DNA of 63,326 nt, filler included, from Candidatus Woesearchaeota archaeon (GTDB taxonomy: Archaea > Nanobdellota > Nanobdellia > Woesearchaeales > J072): NCBI GenBank assembly GCA_003695265.1. It is 10 parts of 10 records of this genome, joined end to end, with 100 filler letters (N's around TTAATTAATTAA, not from the genome) between each part and the next. Parts side by side here need not be neighbours in the genome. Positions count along the whole stretch, not along the records: positions 13,510 to 21,424 come from RFII01000055.1; positions 21,525 to 30,743 come from RFII01000056.1; 8 more parts are not named here. One strand, written 5' to 3'. The position numbers and the translations under genes were made by a program. Shown here in pieces: positions 18,913 to 28,749 of the stretch. The notes under the pieces were generated by a model. The model was not told the origin of the DNA. It saw only the letters and a program-made list of their open reading frames with translations, and made no database searches. Within the stretch, counting starts at the first letter, position 1, and the number at the start of each line of letters is the position of its first letter.

Positions 18913-20571
18913 TTACTTGTTCGTAAACCAAAAAATCAGTTTGTCTTTCTTTTTCTCATCCAGCCTTGCAAAGCCGAAACGCTCAAACTGGATTACTTCA
19001 CCAACCTTTATCTTATTCACCAAAGGCTCTGCAAACCCTGAGGCGATGGTTTTGTCTGGCATTAACACTTCCACATTAACCAGTGCCTCATCTGCTGGAA
19101 GCCAATGCATTATTCTTTCACCTTTTCTTTTGTAATTTTCAAGCTCGACAGAATCAAAAACAAAGCTCTCTTTTTCTTTCCTAAAATTAAGGCAGCCCAT
19201 CAGCCTGTAAAGCTTCCCATCTCTCAATGATTCATAATCTTCATTCGCAATGTAAAACCTTTCGTTTGTTCTCAGCTTTCTGAACCCTCTTTTTGGGTAG
19301 TCTGGATGAAGCTTCAGACTAACTTCTTTCTCTGGCGCTCCGTTAATAATTATTTTTTTCGGGTTGCAGACAAAAAAGTACCTGTTGGAAGAGCTGTCAA
19401 GCAGCCTTTTATTGTGGACAATTAAATCATCCCAAGTTAAAGTCGCTTCTGCCTTGGTTATCCCTGTTGAGATAACAAAGTTCTTTATTGCCTCCGGCAA
19501 GAAACCCCTCCTTCTCAACGCTACCAACGTTGTAAGGCTGGGATCATCCCACCCTAAAAGTTCTCCCTTCTCAATTTTCTCCCTTATAACCCTTCCAGAG
19601 CTCTCAACCCCCTCAAGGTTAAAGCGCGCAAACTCGTAAATCTTTGTTTCCTTAAAGCCAAGAATGCGCTGAATGTGCCTTTGCAGCTCGTTCCTCATCT
19701 CAAACTCCTTGCTTCTCAAGCGATGGGTTATTCCCTCAATGCCGTCCATTACAGCGTTCTCAAAATCATAAGTAGGCCAAATTCGGTACTTGCTTCCTTT
19801 CCTCGCGTGCTCAGCATCGATGATTCTCATTATTGCCGGATCCCTCATTGTTGTGTTCTTATGCTTCATATCAATCTTCAGCCTAAGAACGCCTTGACCC
19901 TCCCCCATCTTTTCAAAGTCCTGCCAAGCAGCTTTTTTGTTCCTGCAAGCGCACTCCAAACCTTTAAAACGGTTCTTCCTCAAAGTTTCATGGTCGCAAG
20001 TGCACAAATAAGCATCGCCCCTTTTAAGGAGGCTTTCTGCGTACTTGTAAAACTCTTCCATATGGTCAGAAGCATAATCAACATTGTCAGGTTTTATTCC
20101 TAACCATTTGTAATTATCAAGGTGAATATCATAAAACTCTTTCTTGGCCAGTGCTGGGTTTGTGTCCTCAAACCTTAAGGTGAATTTTCCTTTGTATTTC
20201 TTAGCTAGTTCATAGTTTAGAAGAATTGCTTTTGCATGGCCTATGTGAGGGTATTTGCTCGGCTCCGGGGGAAAAGCTGTGTGAACCTTACCACTTATCT
20301 TTAAAAACTCAAAAATGTCCTTTTTCTTAGCAGACTTTTTTTCTAAAAGCTCAGGGGCAAGACTTTCAAGTTCCTTCTTTTGCGCATCAACACCCATGGA
20401 ATTCACTTCTTTCACAGTCTCACTTATCATCTTAGAAATCTCAGATGCTTTTTCTTTGAGTTCAGGTGCTTCTGCAAATACTTTGCCAATAATCGCTCCC
20501 GGGCTGGCCTTTCCTTTGAAGCGAACAGCGTTTTGCAGGGCATACTTGCGAATCGTTTTCTTCAAATCCAT
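18913..20571 (-). CDS. gltX: Glutamyl-tRNA synthetase, archaeal type
   Basis: FPPEPSKYPHIGH, LRFEDTNP, MRDP, WPTYDF, GWDDP.L.TL..LRRRG, QFERFGFAR. Confidence 0.95.
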   Translation of the reverse strand: MDLKKTIRKYALQNAVRFKGKASPGAIIGKVFAEAPELKEKASEISKMISETVKEVNSMGVDAQKKELESLAPELLEKKSAKKKDIFEFLKISGKVHTAFPPEPSKYPHIGHAKAILLNYELAKKYKGKFTLRFEDTNPALAKKEFYDIHLDNYKWLGIKPDNVDYASDHMEEFYKYAESLLKRGDAYLCTCDHETLRKNRFKGLECACRNKKAAWQDFEKMGEGQGVLRLKIDMKHKNTTMRDPAIMRIIDAEHARKGSKYRIWPTYDFENAVMDGIEGITHRLRSKEFEMRNELQRHIQRILGFKETKIYEFARFNLEGVESSGRVIREKIEKGELLGWDDPSLTTLVALRRRGFLPEAIKNFVISTGITKAEATLTWDDLIVHNKRLLDSSSNRYFFVCNPKKIIINGAPEKEVSLKLHPDYPKRGFRKLRTNERFYIANEDYESLRDGKLYRLMGCLNFRKEKESFVFDSVELENYKRKGERIMHWLPADEALVNVEVLMPDKTIASGFAEPLVNKIKVGEVIQFERFGFARLDEKKKDKLIFWFTNK

Positions 20572-20702
20572 AAAAACAAAGTTATCCTGCCTATTATTTA
20601 AATTTTTGTGATTCAAAGCAAATGCATTTCTTAATTATTTTTTTGCATATTTAACCAACCATTCCGAAAAGTATATAAAGCGGAGCCACAAAGATTAATA
20701 GC

Positions 20703-20918
20703 ATGCCAAGAAAAACAAGCATTATACCAAAAGCTCCTTTAGCGCGGATTTTAACTAATGCAGGTGCTAAGCGCGTAAGCGCAGAGGCTGCTGATGTGTT
20801 CTCAGAAATACTCACAGACATAGTTGAAGACATTGCAAAAAAAGCAGTCCAGATAGCGAAGCACACCGGCAGGAAGACAATCCACGAAGGAGATATTAAG
20901 TTAGCAGCCAAACAGTAA
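20703..20918 (+). CDS. Archaeal histone (HMf/HTk-like nucleosomal type)
   Basis: IPKAPLARIL..AGAKRVS..A ... AKHTGRKTIHEGDIKLA. Confidence 0.93.
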   Translation: MPRKTSIIPKAPLARILTNAGAKRVSAEAADVFSEILTDIVEDIAKKAVQIAKHTGRKTIHEGDIKLAAKQ

Positions 20919-21305
20919 TTATTTCCTCATTTCTCGAAGCCACATAAGGCCTATCTTAATCATGTCCTTATTAAAGGCGTCACTAATCTTGTATGTTTTC
21001 TTGTAGAGATTGTACTCAATGCATCCCATTCCCTTCAGTGGAGTTAGAATTCTGTCATAAAATTGTCTCTTATTATATGATATCTTTACTTTTTTCCCTT
21101 TATAAGGTGGCTCGTCAAGCGTTGCAATGTACTCGCCCTCATGGAGTTGAGTGGCAAACAGCGACATTTGAGGCTTTGTCATTTCGCCTCCGTGCTTCTT
21201 CATCTCATTTATCAAAAGCTTTGCAACTATCCTCTGCTGCCTAGTAGAAAAAATGACTTCGTAAATGTTGTCCGGCAAGTTAAATCGATCGTATAATATT
21301 ACCAT
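20919..21305 (-). CDS. Conserved hypothetical protein, probable winged helix
   Basis: 128-aa ORF; RQFYDRILTPLKGMGCIEY...YKIS wHTH-like pattern. Confidence 0.7.
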   Translation of the reverse strand: MVILYDRFNLPDNIYEVIFSTRQQRIVAKLLINEMKKHGGEMTKPQMSLFATQLHEGEYIATLDEPPYKGKKVKISYNKRQFYDRILTPLKGMGCIEYNLYKKTYKISDAFNKDMIKIGLMWLREMRK

Positions 21306-21424
21306 GTTTACTCCCCGACAGTGCTAGGAAAGAACTTCTCATATATAAATATTACTTTTTTGTATACTGGTAATGTATTAAATATTCTATGGTCGAAAAT
21401 AAAATAATATTATAGAGCAATAAA

Positions 21425-21524
21425 NNNNNNNNNNNNNNNNNNNNNNNNNNNNNNNNNNNNNNNNNNNNTTAATTAATTAANNNNNNNNNNNNNNNNNNNN
21501 NNNNNNNNNNNNNNNNNNNNNNNN
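21425..21524. other. Artificial contig linker
   Basis: N-run with TTAATTAATTAA. Confidence 0.99.
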
Positions 21525-21552
21525 ATTAAGTAAGTATATAAATGTTTTTTTT

Positions 21553-22413
21553 TTACAAGAGCAAAAGTATCAGATTCCCAAATAACACTGTTATGACAAA
21601 GCCGAACAGGAAGCTTGGCACAAAAGGTATGCCTTCTTTTATTAGGACTTTGCTTATTTTTTTCTGCTTTTTAAAAGCTATTAACTGTTTGATCTGATCC
21701 TTGCTGATTCCCAAGTCCTTTGGGCCGCACACCCTTTTTTTGTCAATAATAATGTCTTTGACAATCCAGTCACCTTCTGTGAGCTGCTCAGGATCAACCA
21801 TTTTCAGCATGCAGGATTCCTCTATTGCTTTGACAAGCAGCCACACCAGCCAGATCATTATTAAGAACACAGAAAAAACCAATGAGACCATAAGATAAAA
21901 TTTTTCGCGCATTATAAGTGTAGAAACAAGTATTAAAACGATGCAGAAGAATATTATATTTCTGAACCTTTTCGCATTTCTGCTTTCCCTCAAAGCAGAA
22001 AATTTGTTTAAGAACGCTTTTTTGTGCTTAAAAGCAATAAAAAAGCTGTAAGCCAGGCCGTAAAACGCTCCTATTACAATAGTGTTTATGAGAAAATCTG
22101 CGAAGAAAGGCATTCTCATCTCAAGGGGCAATCCAATAATCGCACCTAACCCTATTATCATTTTGCTGTCACCGCCACCCCACTGGCCTGCGTAAAACAT
22201 TGCGCAGCCAACCAAGGCGCCTGCTGCTAGGCCGAGCAAGTGAGTTAAGGCAAAATTCCAGTCAAGCGCTGTTGATGATTTTATAAGGCCGAGCCCTATT
22301 CCAGTGGCTATTAAAGAGTAATTCAGCCAGTTAGGCACTTCTCTGGTTTTTATATCAGTGTAGCTTGCTACTAAAAGAGCTGCAAGTATTAGTATGATGG
22401 AAAAAACATCCAT
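21553..22413 (-). CDS. A24-family prepilin/prearchaellin peptidase (PibD/FlaK-like)
   Basis: ASYTDIKTREVPN, GGGDSK, LTEGDW insert, GIPFVPSF. Confidence 0.88.
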   Translation of the reverse strand: MDVFSIILILAALLVASYTDIKTREVPNWLNYSLIATGIGLGLIKSSTALDWNFALTHLLGLAAGALVGCAMFYAGQWGGGDSKMIIGLGAIIGLPLEMRMPFFADFLINTIVIGAFYGLAYSFFIAFKHKKAFLNKFSALRESRNAKRFRNIIFFCIVLILVSTLIMREKFYLMVSLVFSVFLIMIWLVWLLVKAIEESCMLKMVDPEQLTEGDWIVKDIIIDKKRVCGPKDLGISKDQIKQLIAFKKQKKISKVLIKEGIPFVPSFLFGFVITVLFGNLILLLL

Positions 22414-22471
22414 AAGCCTTTAATATAAGAAAAACTTTTTAAATATTAGCATTACCATTAGCCAGAGAAAA

Positions 22472-23200
22472 ATGATTGATTTTAACAGGATTCTCAAGCA
22501 GAAAGCGCCTGTGATAAAGATAAACAGGAAGAATTTGCCAAGGCACGTTGGCGTCACAACAAATGGCACTTTTCAGTGGGCAGAAAAAAACAACAAGACC
22601 ATAGAAGAGGCTTTCAGGAGGAAATACGAGAATATTAGGAGCATAATCAAGCTTCAGGTTAAGTATCAAATACCCATAATGACAATTCATGTCTTGCCAG
22701 AAGGCGCAAAACAAGAAGATGCTTTAGATGCACTGAGCTCGTTCCTCAAAGCTTTCTCAAAGGACAAGTTTATTCACTCAAACCAGATAAGGGTTTCAGT
22801 GCTTGGAAAGTGGTATGACATGCCGGGAATAATAATAGAGGATATCAAATCAGTAATTGATGAAACAAAGGATTATGACAAGTTTTTCTTAAATTTCTGC
22901 ATAAATTATGACGGCCAGGAAGAAATAGTGGACGGGTGCAAGCTTATTGTTAGAAAAGCCCTGCTGGAGAAAATTGACCCTGAAACAATAGACAAGAGCT
23001 TTCTGAAAGAGAACCTTTACTCAAGCTCATTTCTGCCTCCAGAAATAATATTGGTTTACGGGCTGGGCAACAAGTTACCAGACCTCCTTTTGTGGGACTC
23101 GCCCAACGCGTATGTTTTCTTCAAGAACAAGCTATGGCAGGACTTCAGCAAAGAAGATTTTGTTAATGCTCTTATTCAGTTCCAGCGGCAAGGCAAATGA
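22472..23200 (+). CDS. cis-prenyltransferase (UppS)-fold protein with degenerate active site
   Basis: PRHVG, LNFCINYDGQEEI, LLLWDS; DGNRR and RTSGE motifs missing. Confidence 0.8.
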   Translation: MIDFNRILKQKAPVIKINRKNLPRHVGVTTNGTFQWAEKNNKTIEEAFRRKYENIRSIIKLQVKYQIPIMTIHVLPEGAKQEDALDALSSFLKAFSKDKFIHSNQIRVSVLGKWYDMPGIIIEDIKSVIDETKDYDKFFLNFCINYDGQEEIVDGCKLIVRKALLEKIDPETIDKSFLKENLYSSSFLPPEIILVYGLGNKLPDLLLWDSPNAYVFFKNKLWQDFSKEDFVNALIQFQRQGK

Positions 23201-23290
23201 ATTAGTTAAGATAAAGAGTTCTTTTCATAAATTAATTTTTTCTTTCAAAATCAGTTAATTTTATAAATAAGCCTCTTTTTCCTTATTTTC

Positions 23291-23347
23291 ACCTGTGATT
23301 GATGAGAACCGCAAGGTTTGAGAGAGGTAGCAAGTTCTTACCTCTTG
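23291..23347 (+). promoter_or_regulatory. rpl7ae 5'-UTR with K-turn motifs (probable L7Ae autoregulatory element)
   Basis: ACC-TGT-GA-TT-GAT-GA-GAACC-GCAA-GGTTT-GA-GA-GA-GGT; competing hairpin GAGGTA/TACCTC next to the GGAGG RBS. Confidence 0.65.
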
Positions 23348-23357
23348 GAGGCTTAAA

Positions 23358-23675
23358 ATGGCAGATGAGAATGAAAAAGGATTAGAAGCAGTTGAGCTTG
23401 CTAGGGCTACTGGCAGCATAAAAAAAGGCACTAATGAAGTGACGAAATGCATTGAGAAGGGAACAGCAAAACTGGTTGTTATCGCGAAGGATGTCAGCCC
23501 ACCAGAGATAACAATGCACATACCCCTTTTATGCAAGGAGAAGGGGATTCCTTTCGTAAGTGTTAACAGCAAAGAAGAGCTAGGAGCAGCAGCAGGTCTT
23601 GAAGTAGGAACTGTAAGCGTTGCAATAATAAAGGAAGGAGAAGCAAAAGCCCTAATAAAAGAGTTAGCTAAGTGA
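23358..23675 (+). CDS. rpl7ae: Ribosomal protein L7Ae
   Basis: [36 protein letters not shown]. Confidence 0.96.
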   Translation: MADENEKGLEAVELARATGSIKKGTNEVTKCIEKGTAKLVVIAKDVSPPEITMHIPLLCKEKGIPFVSVNSKEELGAAAGLEVGTVSVAIIKEGEAKALIKELAK

Positions 23676-23680
23676 TAAAA

Positions 23681-23932
23681 ATGGCTGAGGAAGTCAAAGG
23701 CGGCGTAAGATTCTCGCCTGCAGTGCCGGCTCGCGTTGAGGAAATAATAGGAAGGACTGGCGCTAGAGGAGAAGCAACTCAAGTGAGGTGCAAAATTCTC
23801 GATGGGAGAGATGCTAACAAGATTATCAGGAGAAACGTTAAAGGCCCTGTCCAGGTAGGGGATATTTTAATGCTTCGCGAAACAGAGATTGAAGCAAGGC
23901 CTCTTAACAAGAAAGGTAGGGGCGTTGCGTAG
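23681..23932 (+). CDS. rps28e: Ribosomal protein S28e
   Basis: [35 protein letters not shown]. Confidence 0.96.
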   Translation: MAEEVKGGVRFSPAVPARVEEIIGRTGARGEATQVRCKILDGRDANKIIRRNVKGPVQVGDILMLRETEIEARPLNKKGRGVA

Positions 23933-23940
23933 GTGGTAAA

Positions 23941-24126
23941 ATGGCAAGATGCAGTTTTTGTGCAAACAGAATTCCGCCAGGAACAGGAAAAATGCTTGTG
24001 ATGAAAGACGGCAAAATACTTCATTTTTGTTCCTCAAAATGTGAGAAAAACCATGTTAAGTTAAAGCACAAGCCAAGAACAACGAGGTGGACTCATACGT
24101 TTCACAAGCTAAAAGGTGGGAAATAA
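23941..24126 (+). CDS. rpl24e: Ribosomal protein L24e
   Basis: CSFC...IPPGTG.M.V..DG....FCSSKC, PR...WT. Confidence 0.95.
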   Translation: MARCSFCANRIPPGTGKMLVMKDGKILHFCSSKCEKNHVKLKHKPRTTRWTHTFHKLKGGK

Positions 24127-24701
24127 TGATTGAGAGAACACTTGTTTTGATAAAGCCGGACGGAGTCCAGAGAGGTCTTGTTGGTGAGATAATCTCAAGG
24201 TTTGAGAGATGCGGGCTTAAGATTGTCGGAATGAAAATGGTTTTTGCAGATGAGAAGCTGGCAGGAGACCATTACGCTGCTGATGAGGCATGGATGATCA
24301 GTGTTGGGAAAAAGCAGAAGGAGTCATACGCAAAAAAAGGAATAGAAGTAAAAGAAACCGAGCTTGAGCTCGGAAGCAAAGTAAGGGATTACTTGATAAA
24401 GTATATAAGCATGAGCCCCATAATCGCGTTAGTAATTGAAGGGCATAATGCAATAGCGCACGTTCGCAAAATAGTAGGACCTACTAGCCCTCATGACGCT
24501 CAACCAGGTACTATAAGAGGTGACTTCAGTTTTGATTCGTACCAGCTTGCTGACAGCTCAAAAAGACCCATACAAAATCTTATTCACGCTTCAGAGAACA
24601 GGAAAGAGGCGGAGCGCGAAATCAATGTGTGGTTCACTGATAAAGAGATTCATGATTGGAAACGCATAGATGAGGACCTGCTTTACAGGAAAGGAAAATG
24701 A
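24126..24701 (+). CDS. ndk: Nucleoside-diphosphate kinase
   Basis: ERTLVLIKPDGVQRGLVGEIISRFE, PGTIRGDF, NLIHAS. Confidence 0.95.
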   Translation: MIERTLVLIKPDGVQRGLVGEIISRFERCGLKIVGMKMVFADEKLAGDHYAADEAWMISVGKKQKESYAKKGIEVKETELELGSKVRDYLIKYISMSPIIALVIEGHNAIAHVRKIVGPTSPHDAQPGTIRGDFSFDSYQLADSSKRPIQNLIHASENRKEAEREINVWFTDKEIHDWKRIDEDLLYRKGK

Positions 24702-25075
24702 GAGAAGCGCAGGAGGCCGTGGCGAAGTTCAACCTTGAGAGGGGCTGGGAAAAGGACACAAAATGCATGAAAGACTTGTTGCTGAATATTTGCGAGGAAG
24801 TCGGAGAGGCATGGAGCATCATAAAATGGGTGAGAGGAAAGAAAGAGGAGGAGCTTTTAAGAAAATACAAGGAAGAGTACGAAGATTTTGTTGGAGACTC
24901 TCTTTACCTAATACTTAAGATTGCCTGGCTTCTTGACATTGATTCAAAGCAGGCATTAATGAATACTCTCAAAGAGTATGAGAAGAGGTTTCCTGCCGAG
25001 ATTGTCAGAAAGAAAAAGCACGGCAATCCGCTTGCAGGAGGCGTTGACAATAAAAAACCAAAGGTGAGGGATTGA
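24698..25075 (+). CDS. MazG-like nucleotide pyrophosphohydrolase
   Basis: EEVGEAW ... EDFVGDSLY all-alpha NTP-PPase pattern; YEKRFP. Confidence 0.75.
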   Translation: MREAQEAVAKFNLERGWEKDTKCMKDLLLNICEEVGEAWSIIKWVRGKKEEELLRKYKEEYEDFVGDSLYLILKIAWLLDIDSKQALMNTLKEYEKRFPAEIVRKKKHGNPLAGGVDNKKPKVRD

Positions 25076-25078
25076 ACA

Positions 25079-27274
25079 ATGGCAGAAAAAATGGTTGATA
25101 GGGTTATGAGAATTATGAAGAATTCTAACCAGATCAGAAATATTGGGATTGCTGCACACATAGATCACGGCAAGACTACTTTATCAGACAATCTTCTAGC
25201 AGGAGCAGGAATGATCTCAAGAGAGCTTGCTGGCGAGCAGCTCGTATTGGATTTTCATAGTGACGAGCAGGAAAGAGGCATTACAATTGACACAGCAGCT
25301 GTTTCAATGGTTCACACAGTCGAGGGAAAGGAATTCTTAATCAACCTTTTGGACACTCCAGGCCACGTTGATTTTGGAGGAGATGTTACAAGGGCGATGC
25401 GCGCAGTAGACGGGGCTGTAGTGTTGTGCTGCGCTGTTGAGGGAATAATGCCCCAGACAGAGACTGTGTTCAGGCAGGCGTTGAAGGAGAGAGTAAAGCC
25501 AATCCTTTTTATTAATAAAGTGGACCGCTTGATGAAAGAACTAAAACTAACTCCGGAGGGCATGCAGGAAAGGTTTATTAAGATTATTGAGGGAGTGAAC
25601 AAATTTATTAGAAGCATCGCTCCAGAAGAGTTCAAGGAAAAATGGCAGGTAAGCGTGCAGGATGGCTCTGTGTGCTTCGGCTCTGCCTTCCACAATTGGG
25701 CGATGTCCCTTAGTTATATGAAGAAAAAAGGAATCAGCTTCAAAGATATAATTGCTGCTTATGAGAATGACACTTGGAAAGAATTAGCGGAAAAGGCGCC
25801 TTTGCATGAAGTCTTGCTAGATGCTGTTATTCAGCACCTGCCGAGCCCTGTTGAGGCGCAGAAGTACCGCGTCCCAAAGCTTTGGCACGGCGACCTTGAG
25901 TCAGAGGAGGGAAAAGCTTTGGTTAACTGCGATCCAAAAGGTCCTGTTTATTTTGTCATTACAAAGATAGTCGTTGACCCTCAGGCCGGAGAGATTTCAG
26001 CAGGAAGGCTTTTTTCAGGAACGCTGGAGAAAGGCCAGGAAGTCAACCTTTTGTTGGGAAAACAAAAGCTAAGGGTTCAGCAGCTTTATATATATAATGG
26101 TGCCAAGCGTGAGATAGTGGAGAACGCGCCTGCTGGCAATTTTGTTGGCGTCGCAGGACTAAAGGCATTGCCCGGAGAAACAGTAACAACTTCTGAGAAT
26201 GCTGAGCCGTTCGAGAAGATAAAGCACTTGTTCGAGCCCGTAATTACAAAGGCAATTGAGGCAAAAAAGCCGGCTGACCTTCCAAAGCTGATTGAAGTTT
26301 TAAAGAAAGTCGCAAAAGAGGACCCGAACATTGTTGTTGAGATAAATGAAGAGACGGGAGAGCAGCTAATATCTGGCATGGGAGAGCTTCACTTGGAGGT
26401 TATTGAGAACAGGATAAGAACGGAGAAAGGTGTTGACATAAAGAGCTCAAACCCAATCGTTGTTTACCGCGAAACAATCCAGAATCCCTCAAAAGAATAT
26501 GAGGGTAAATCACCTAATAAGCACAACAAGCTTTACTTTGAGGTTGTGCCTCTTGAGCCTGGGATAGCAAAGCTGATTAAGGAAGGTGAAATCCCGGAGA
26601 TGAGAGTAAAGAAGAAGGATGAAAAGCTTTGGGAAAAGCTTCAGGAAGGAGGTATGGACAGCAAGGAAGCAAGAAAAGTAAAGGACATTTTCAAGGGAAA
26701 TATTCTTGTTGATGCAACAAGAGGTATAGTGCATATAGGTGACATAATGGAAATGGTAATGGACATGTTTGAGGATGTGATGAGTGCAGGCCCATTGGCT
26801 AGAGAGCCGGGCATAAACATGAAAGTAATATTGAAAGACGCAAAACTGCATGAGGATGCTATTCATCGCGGTCCGGCGCAGATGTACCCTGCAATAAGGG
26901 AAGGAATAAGGGGCGCAATATTATCAGCAAAGCCGTTATTGTTTGAGCCGTTGCAAACAATCAGGTTTGAAGCTCCTGCAGATTTTATGGGCGAAATATC
27001 AAAGCTTATCAGCAACAAGAGAGGCCAGCTTATAGAAATGAACCAAGATGGTGACTCAATAACGATTATTGGCAAGCTTCCAGTTGCTGAGATGATTGGA
27101 TTCAGCTCTGAGCTAAGGTCAGCAACATCTGGCAGGGGAAGTTTCTCAGTTATTGATCAGAGTTTTGAGCGCTTGCCATTTGAGTTGCAGGACAAAATAG
27201 TGAACCAGATAAGGCAGAGAAAAGGCTTAAAAGTTGATGAGATGGGCCAGGCAGTTCCTGGCGGAAGCAGTTAA
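25079..27274 (+). CDS. fusA: Elongation factor EF-2 (archaeal)
   Basis: AHIDHGKTT, RGITI, DTPGHVDF, NKVD, GMGELHLE, diphthamide loop LHEDAIHRGPAQ. Confidence 0.98.
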   Translation: MAEKMVDRVMRIMKNSNQIRNIGIAAHIDHGKTTLSDNLLAGAGMISRELAGEQLVLDFHSDEQERGITIDTAAVSMVHTVEGKEFLINLLDTPGHVDFGGDVTRAMRAVDGAVVLCCAVEGIMPQTETVFRQALKERVKPILFINKVDRLMKELKLTPEGMQERFIKIIEGVNKFIRSIAPEEFKEKWQVSVQDGSVCFGSAFHNWAMSLSYMKKKGISFKDIIAAYENDTWKELAEKAPLHEVLLDAVIQHLPSPVEAQKYRVPKLWHGDLESEEGKALVNCDPKGPVYFVITKIVVDPQAGEISAGRLFSGTLEKGQEVNLLLGKQKLRVQQLYIYNGAKREIVENAPAGNFVGVAGLKALPGETVTTSENAEPFEKIKHLFEPVITKAIEAKKPADLPKLIEVLKKVAKEDPNIVVEINEETGEQLISGMGELHLEVIENRIRTEKGVDIKSSNPIVVYRETIQNPSKEYEGKSPNKHNKLYFEVVPLEPGIAKLIKEGEIPEMRVKKKDEKLWEKLQEGGMDSKEARKVKDIFKGNILVDATRGIVHIGDIMEMVMDMFEDVMSAGPLAREPGINMKVILKDAKLHEDAIHRGPAQMYPAIREGIRGAILSAKPLLFEPLQTIRFEAPADFMGEISKLISNKRGQLIEMNQDGDSITIIGKLPVAEMIGFSSELRSATSGRGSFSVIDQSFERLPFELQDKIVNQIRQRKGLKVDEMGQAVPGGSS

Positions 27275-27375
27275 GGCTTTTTTTATTAAAGACGAAGAAG
27301 AGTGTGCTCACGTTTAGAAAAGTTTAAATATCAAGACAAAATTCCTGAGCATACTTCAGTTAATGGAGGGTGAAA

Positions 27376-28668
27376 ATGGCAAAAGAAAAAACACACATAA
27401 ACCTTGTGTTTATCGGACATGTTGATCATGGTAAATCAACAACCGTAGGCAGATTACTTTTCGATACAAAAAACATTGATGAGCAGACACTAAGAAAGCT
27501 CAAGGACAAGGCTGAAGAGCTTGGAAAAGGCGGATTTGAGTTCGCTTTTGTGATGGATAACCTTAAGGAAGAGAGGGAAAGAGGAGTGACAATAGATCTT
27601 TCCCACAAGAAATTTGAGACTGACAAGTATTATTTCACAATAATAGACGCGCCAGGCCACAAAGACTTCATCAAGAACATGATTACAGGCGCTGCCCAAG
27701 CAGACGCAGGAGTCCTTGTTGTTGCCGCAAATGATGGTGTGATGGCGCAGACAAAGGAGCATATGTTTCTTGCAAAGACGCTTGGTGTTAATCAATTAAT
27801 AATTGCAGTTAACAAGATGGACATGAAGGATTATGATGAAGGAGTCTTTAATAAGATTAAGGAAGATGTTACAAAGCTGTTGAAAACAGTTGGTTATGAC
27901 CCTGAAAAGATTCCTTTCGTGCCAATAGCGGCTTTGCCAGGGGAGAACGTTGCAAAGAAATCAGAGAAAATGCCGTGGTACAATGGGAAGTGCTTATTAG
28001 AAACGATGGACGACTTAAACCCGCCAGAGAAGCCAGTGGATCTCCCATTAAGGCTTCCAATCCAGGACGTGTATAATATTACAGGAATCGGCGTTGTGCC
28101 TGTCGGCAGAGTTGAGACTGGTATCATGAAGGTAGGTGACAAGGTTACAATAGTTCCTGGAAGAGAAGGTAAGGGGGTTTCAGGAGAAGTGAAGAGCATT
28201 GAAATGCACCATGAGCAGATGCAGCAGGCAGAGCCAGGCGACAACGTTGGCTTTAACGTGAGAGGAATTGGGAAGAATGACATTGCGAGAGGGGATGTTT
28301 TAGGTCATTCAGACAATGTTCCAACAATAGCAACAGAATTCACTGCCCAAATAGTTGTTTTGAATCATCCCTCAGTTATTACTGTAGGTTACACACCTGT
28401 GTTCCACATACACACAGCACAAGTGGCATGCCAAATTACAGAGATTACCTCAAAACTTGACCCTGCTACAGGACAAGTCGTGCAGGAAAAGCCTGATTTT
28501 ATAAAGAACGGCGATGCCGCAATAGTTAAGATTAAGCCTACGCAGCCATTAGTAATTGAAAAACAAAAAGACATCCCGCACATGGCTAGGTTCGCGGTGC
28601 GCGATTCAGGGCAGACAGTTGCTGCCGGAATGTGCATTGACCTCGTTAAGAAGGATATAGGTAAATAA
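27376..28668 (+). CDS. tuf: Elongation factor EF-1 alpha
   Basis: [48 protein letters not shown]. Confidence 0.98.
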   Translation: MAKEKTHINLVFIGHVDHGKSTTVGRLLFDTKNIDEQTLRKLKDKAEELGKGGFEFAFVMDNLKEERERGVTIDLSHKKFETDKYYFTIIDAPGHKDFIKNMITGAAQADAGVLVVAANDGVMAQTKEHMFLAKTLGVNQLIIAVNKMDMKDYDEGVFNKIKEDVTKLLKTVGYDPEKIPFVPIAALPGENVAKKSEKMPWYNGKCLLETMDDLNPPEKPVDLPLRLPIQDVYNITGIGVVPVGRVETGIMKVGDKVTIVPGREGKGVSGEVKSIEMHHEQMQQAEPGDNVGFNVRGIGKNDIARGDVLGHSDNVPTIATEFTAQIVVLNHPSVITVGYTPVFHIHTAQVACQITEITSKLDPATGQVVQEKPDFIKNGDAAIVKIKPTQPLVIEKQKDIPHMARFAVRDSGQTVAAGMCIDLVKKDIGK

Positions 28669-28749
28669 AACCTTCTTTTTTTACGTTAAATTTTTTTTTG
28701 TTGTGCATGGCGAACCGTAGCTTTGCCATGGGATAAGCCCTGAGAAAAA

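Noticed and set aside
23261..23782. 173-aa minus-strand ORF and other long antisense ORFs (4196-4723, 16044-16562, 50801-51325)
   Set aside because: They overlap well-supported genes on the opposite strand and have no motifs or RBS
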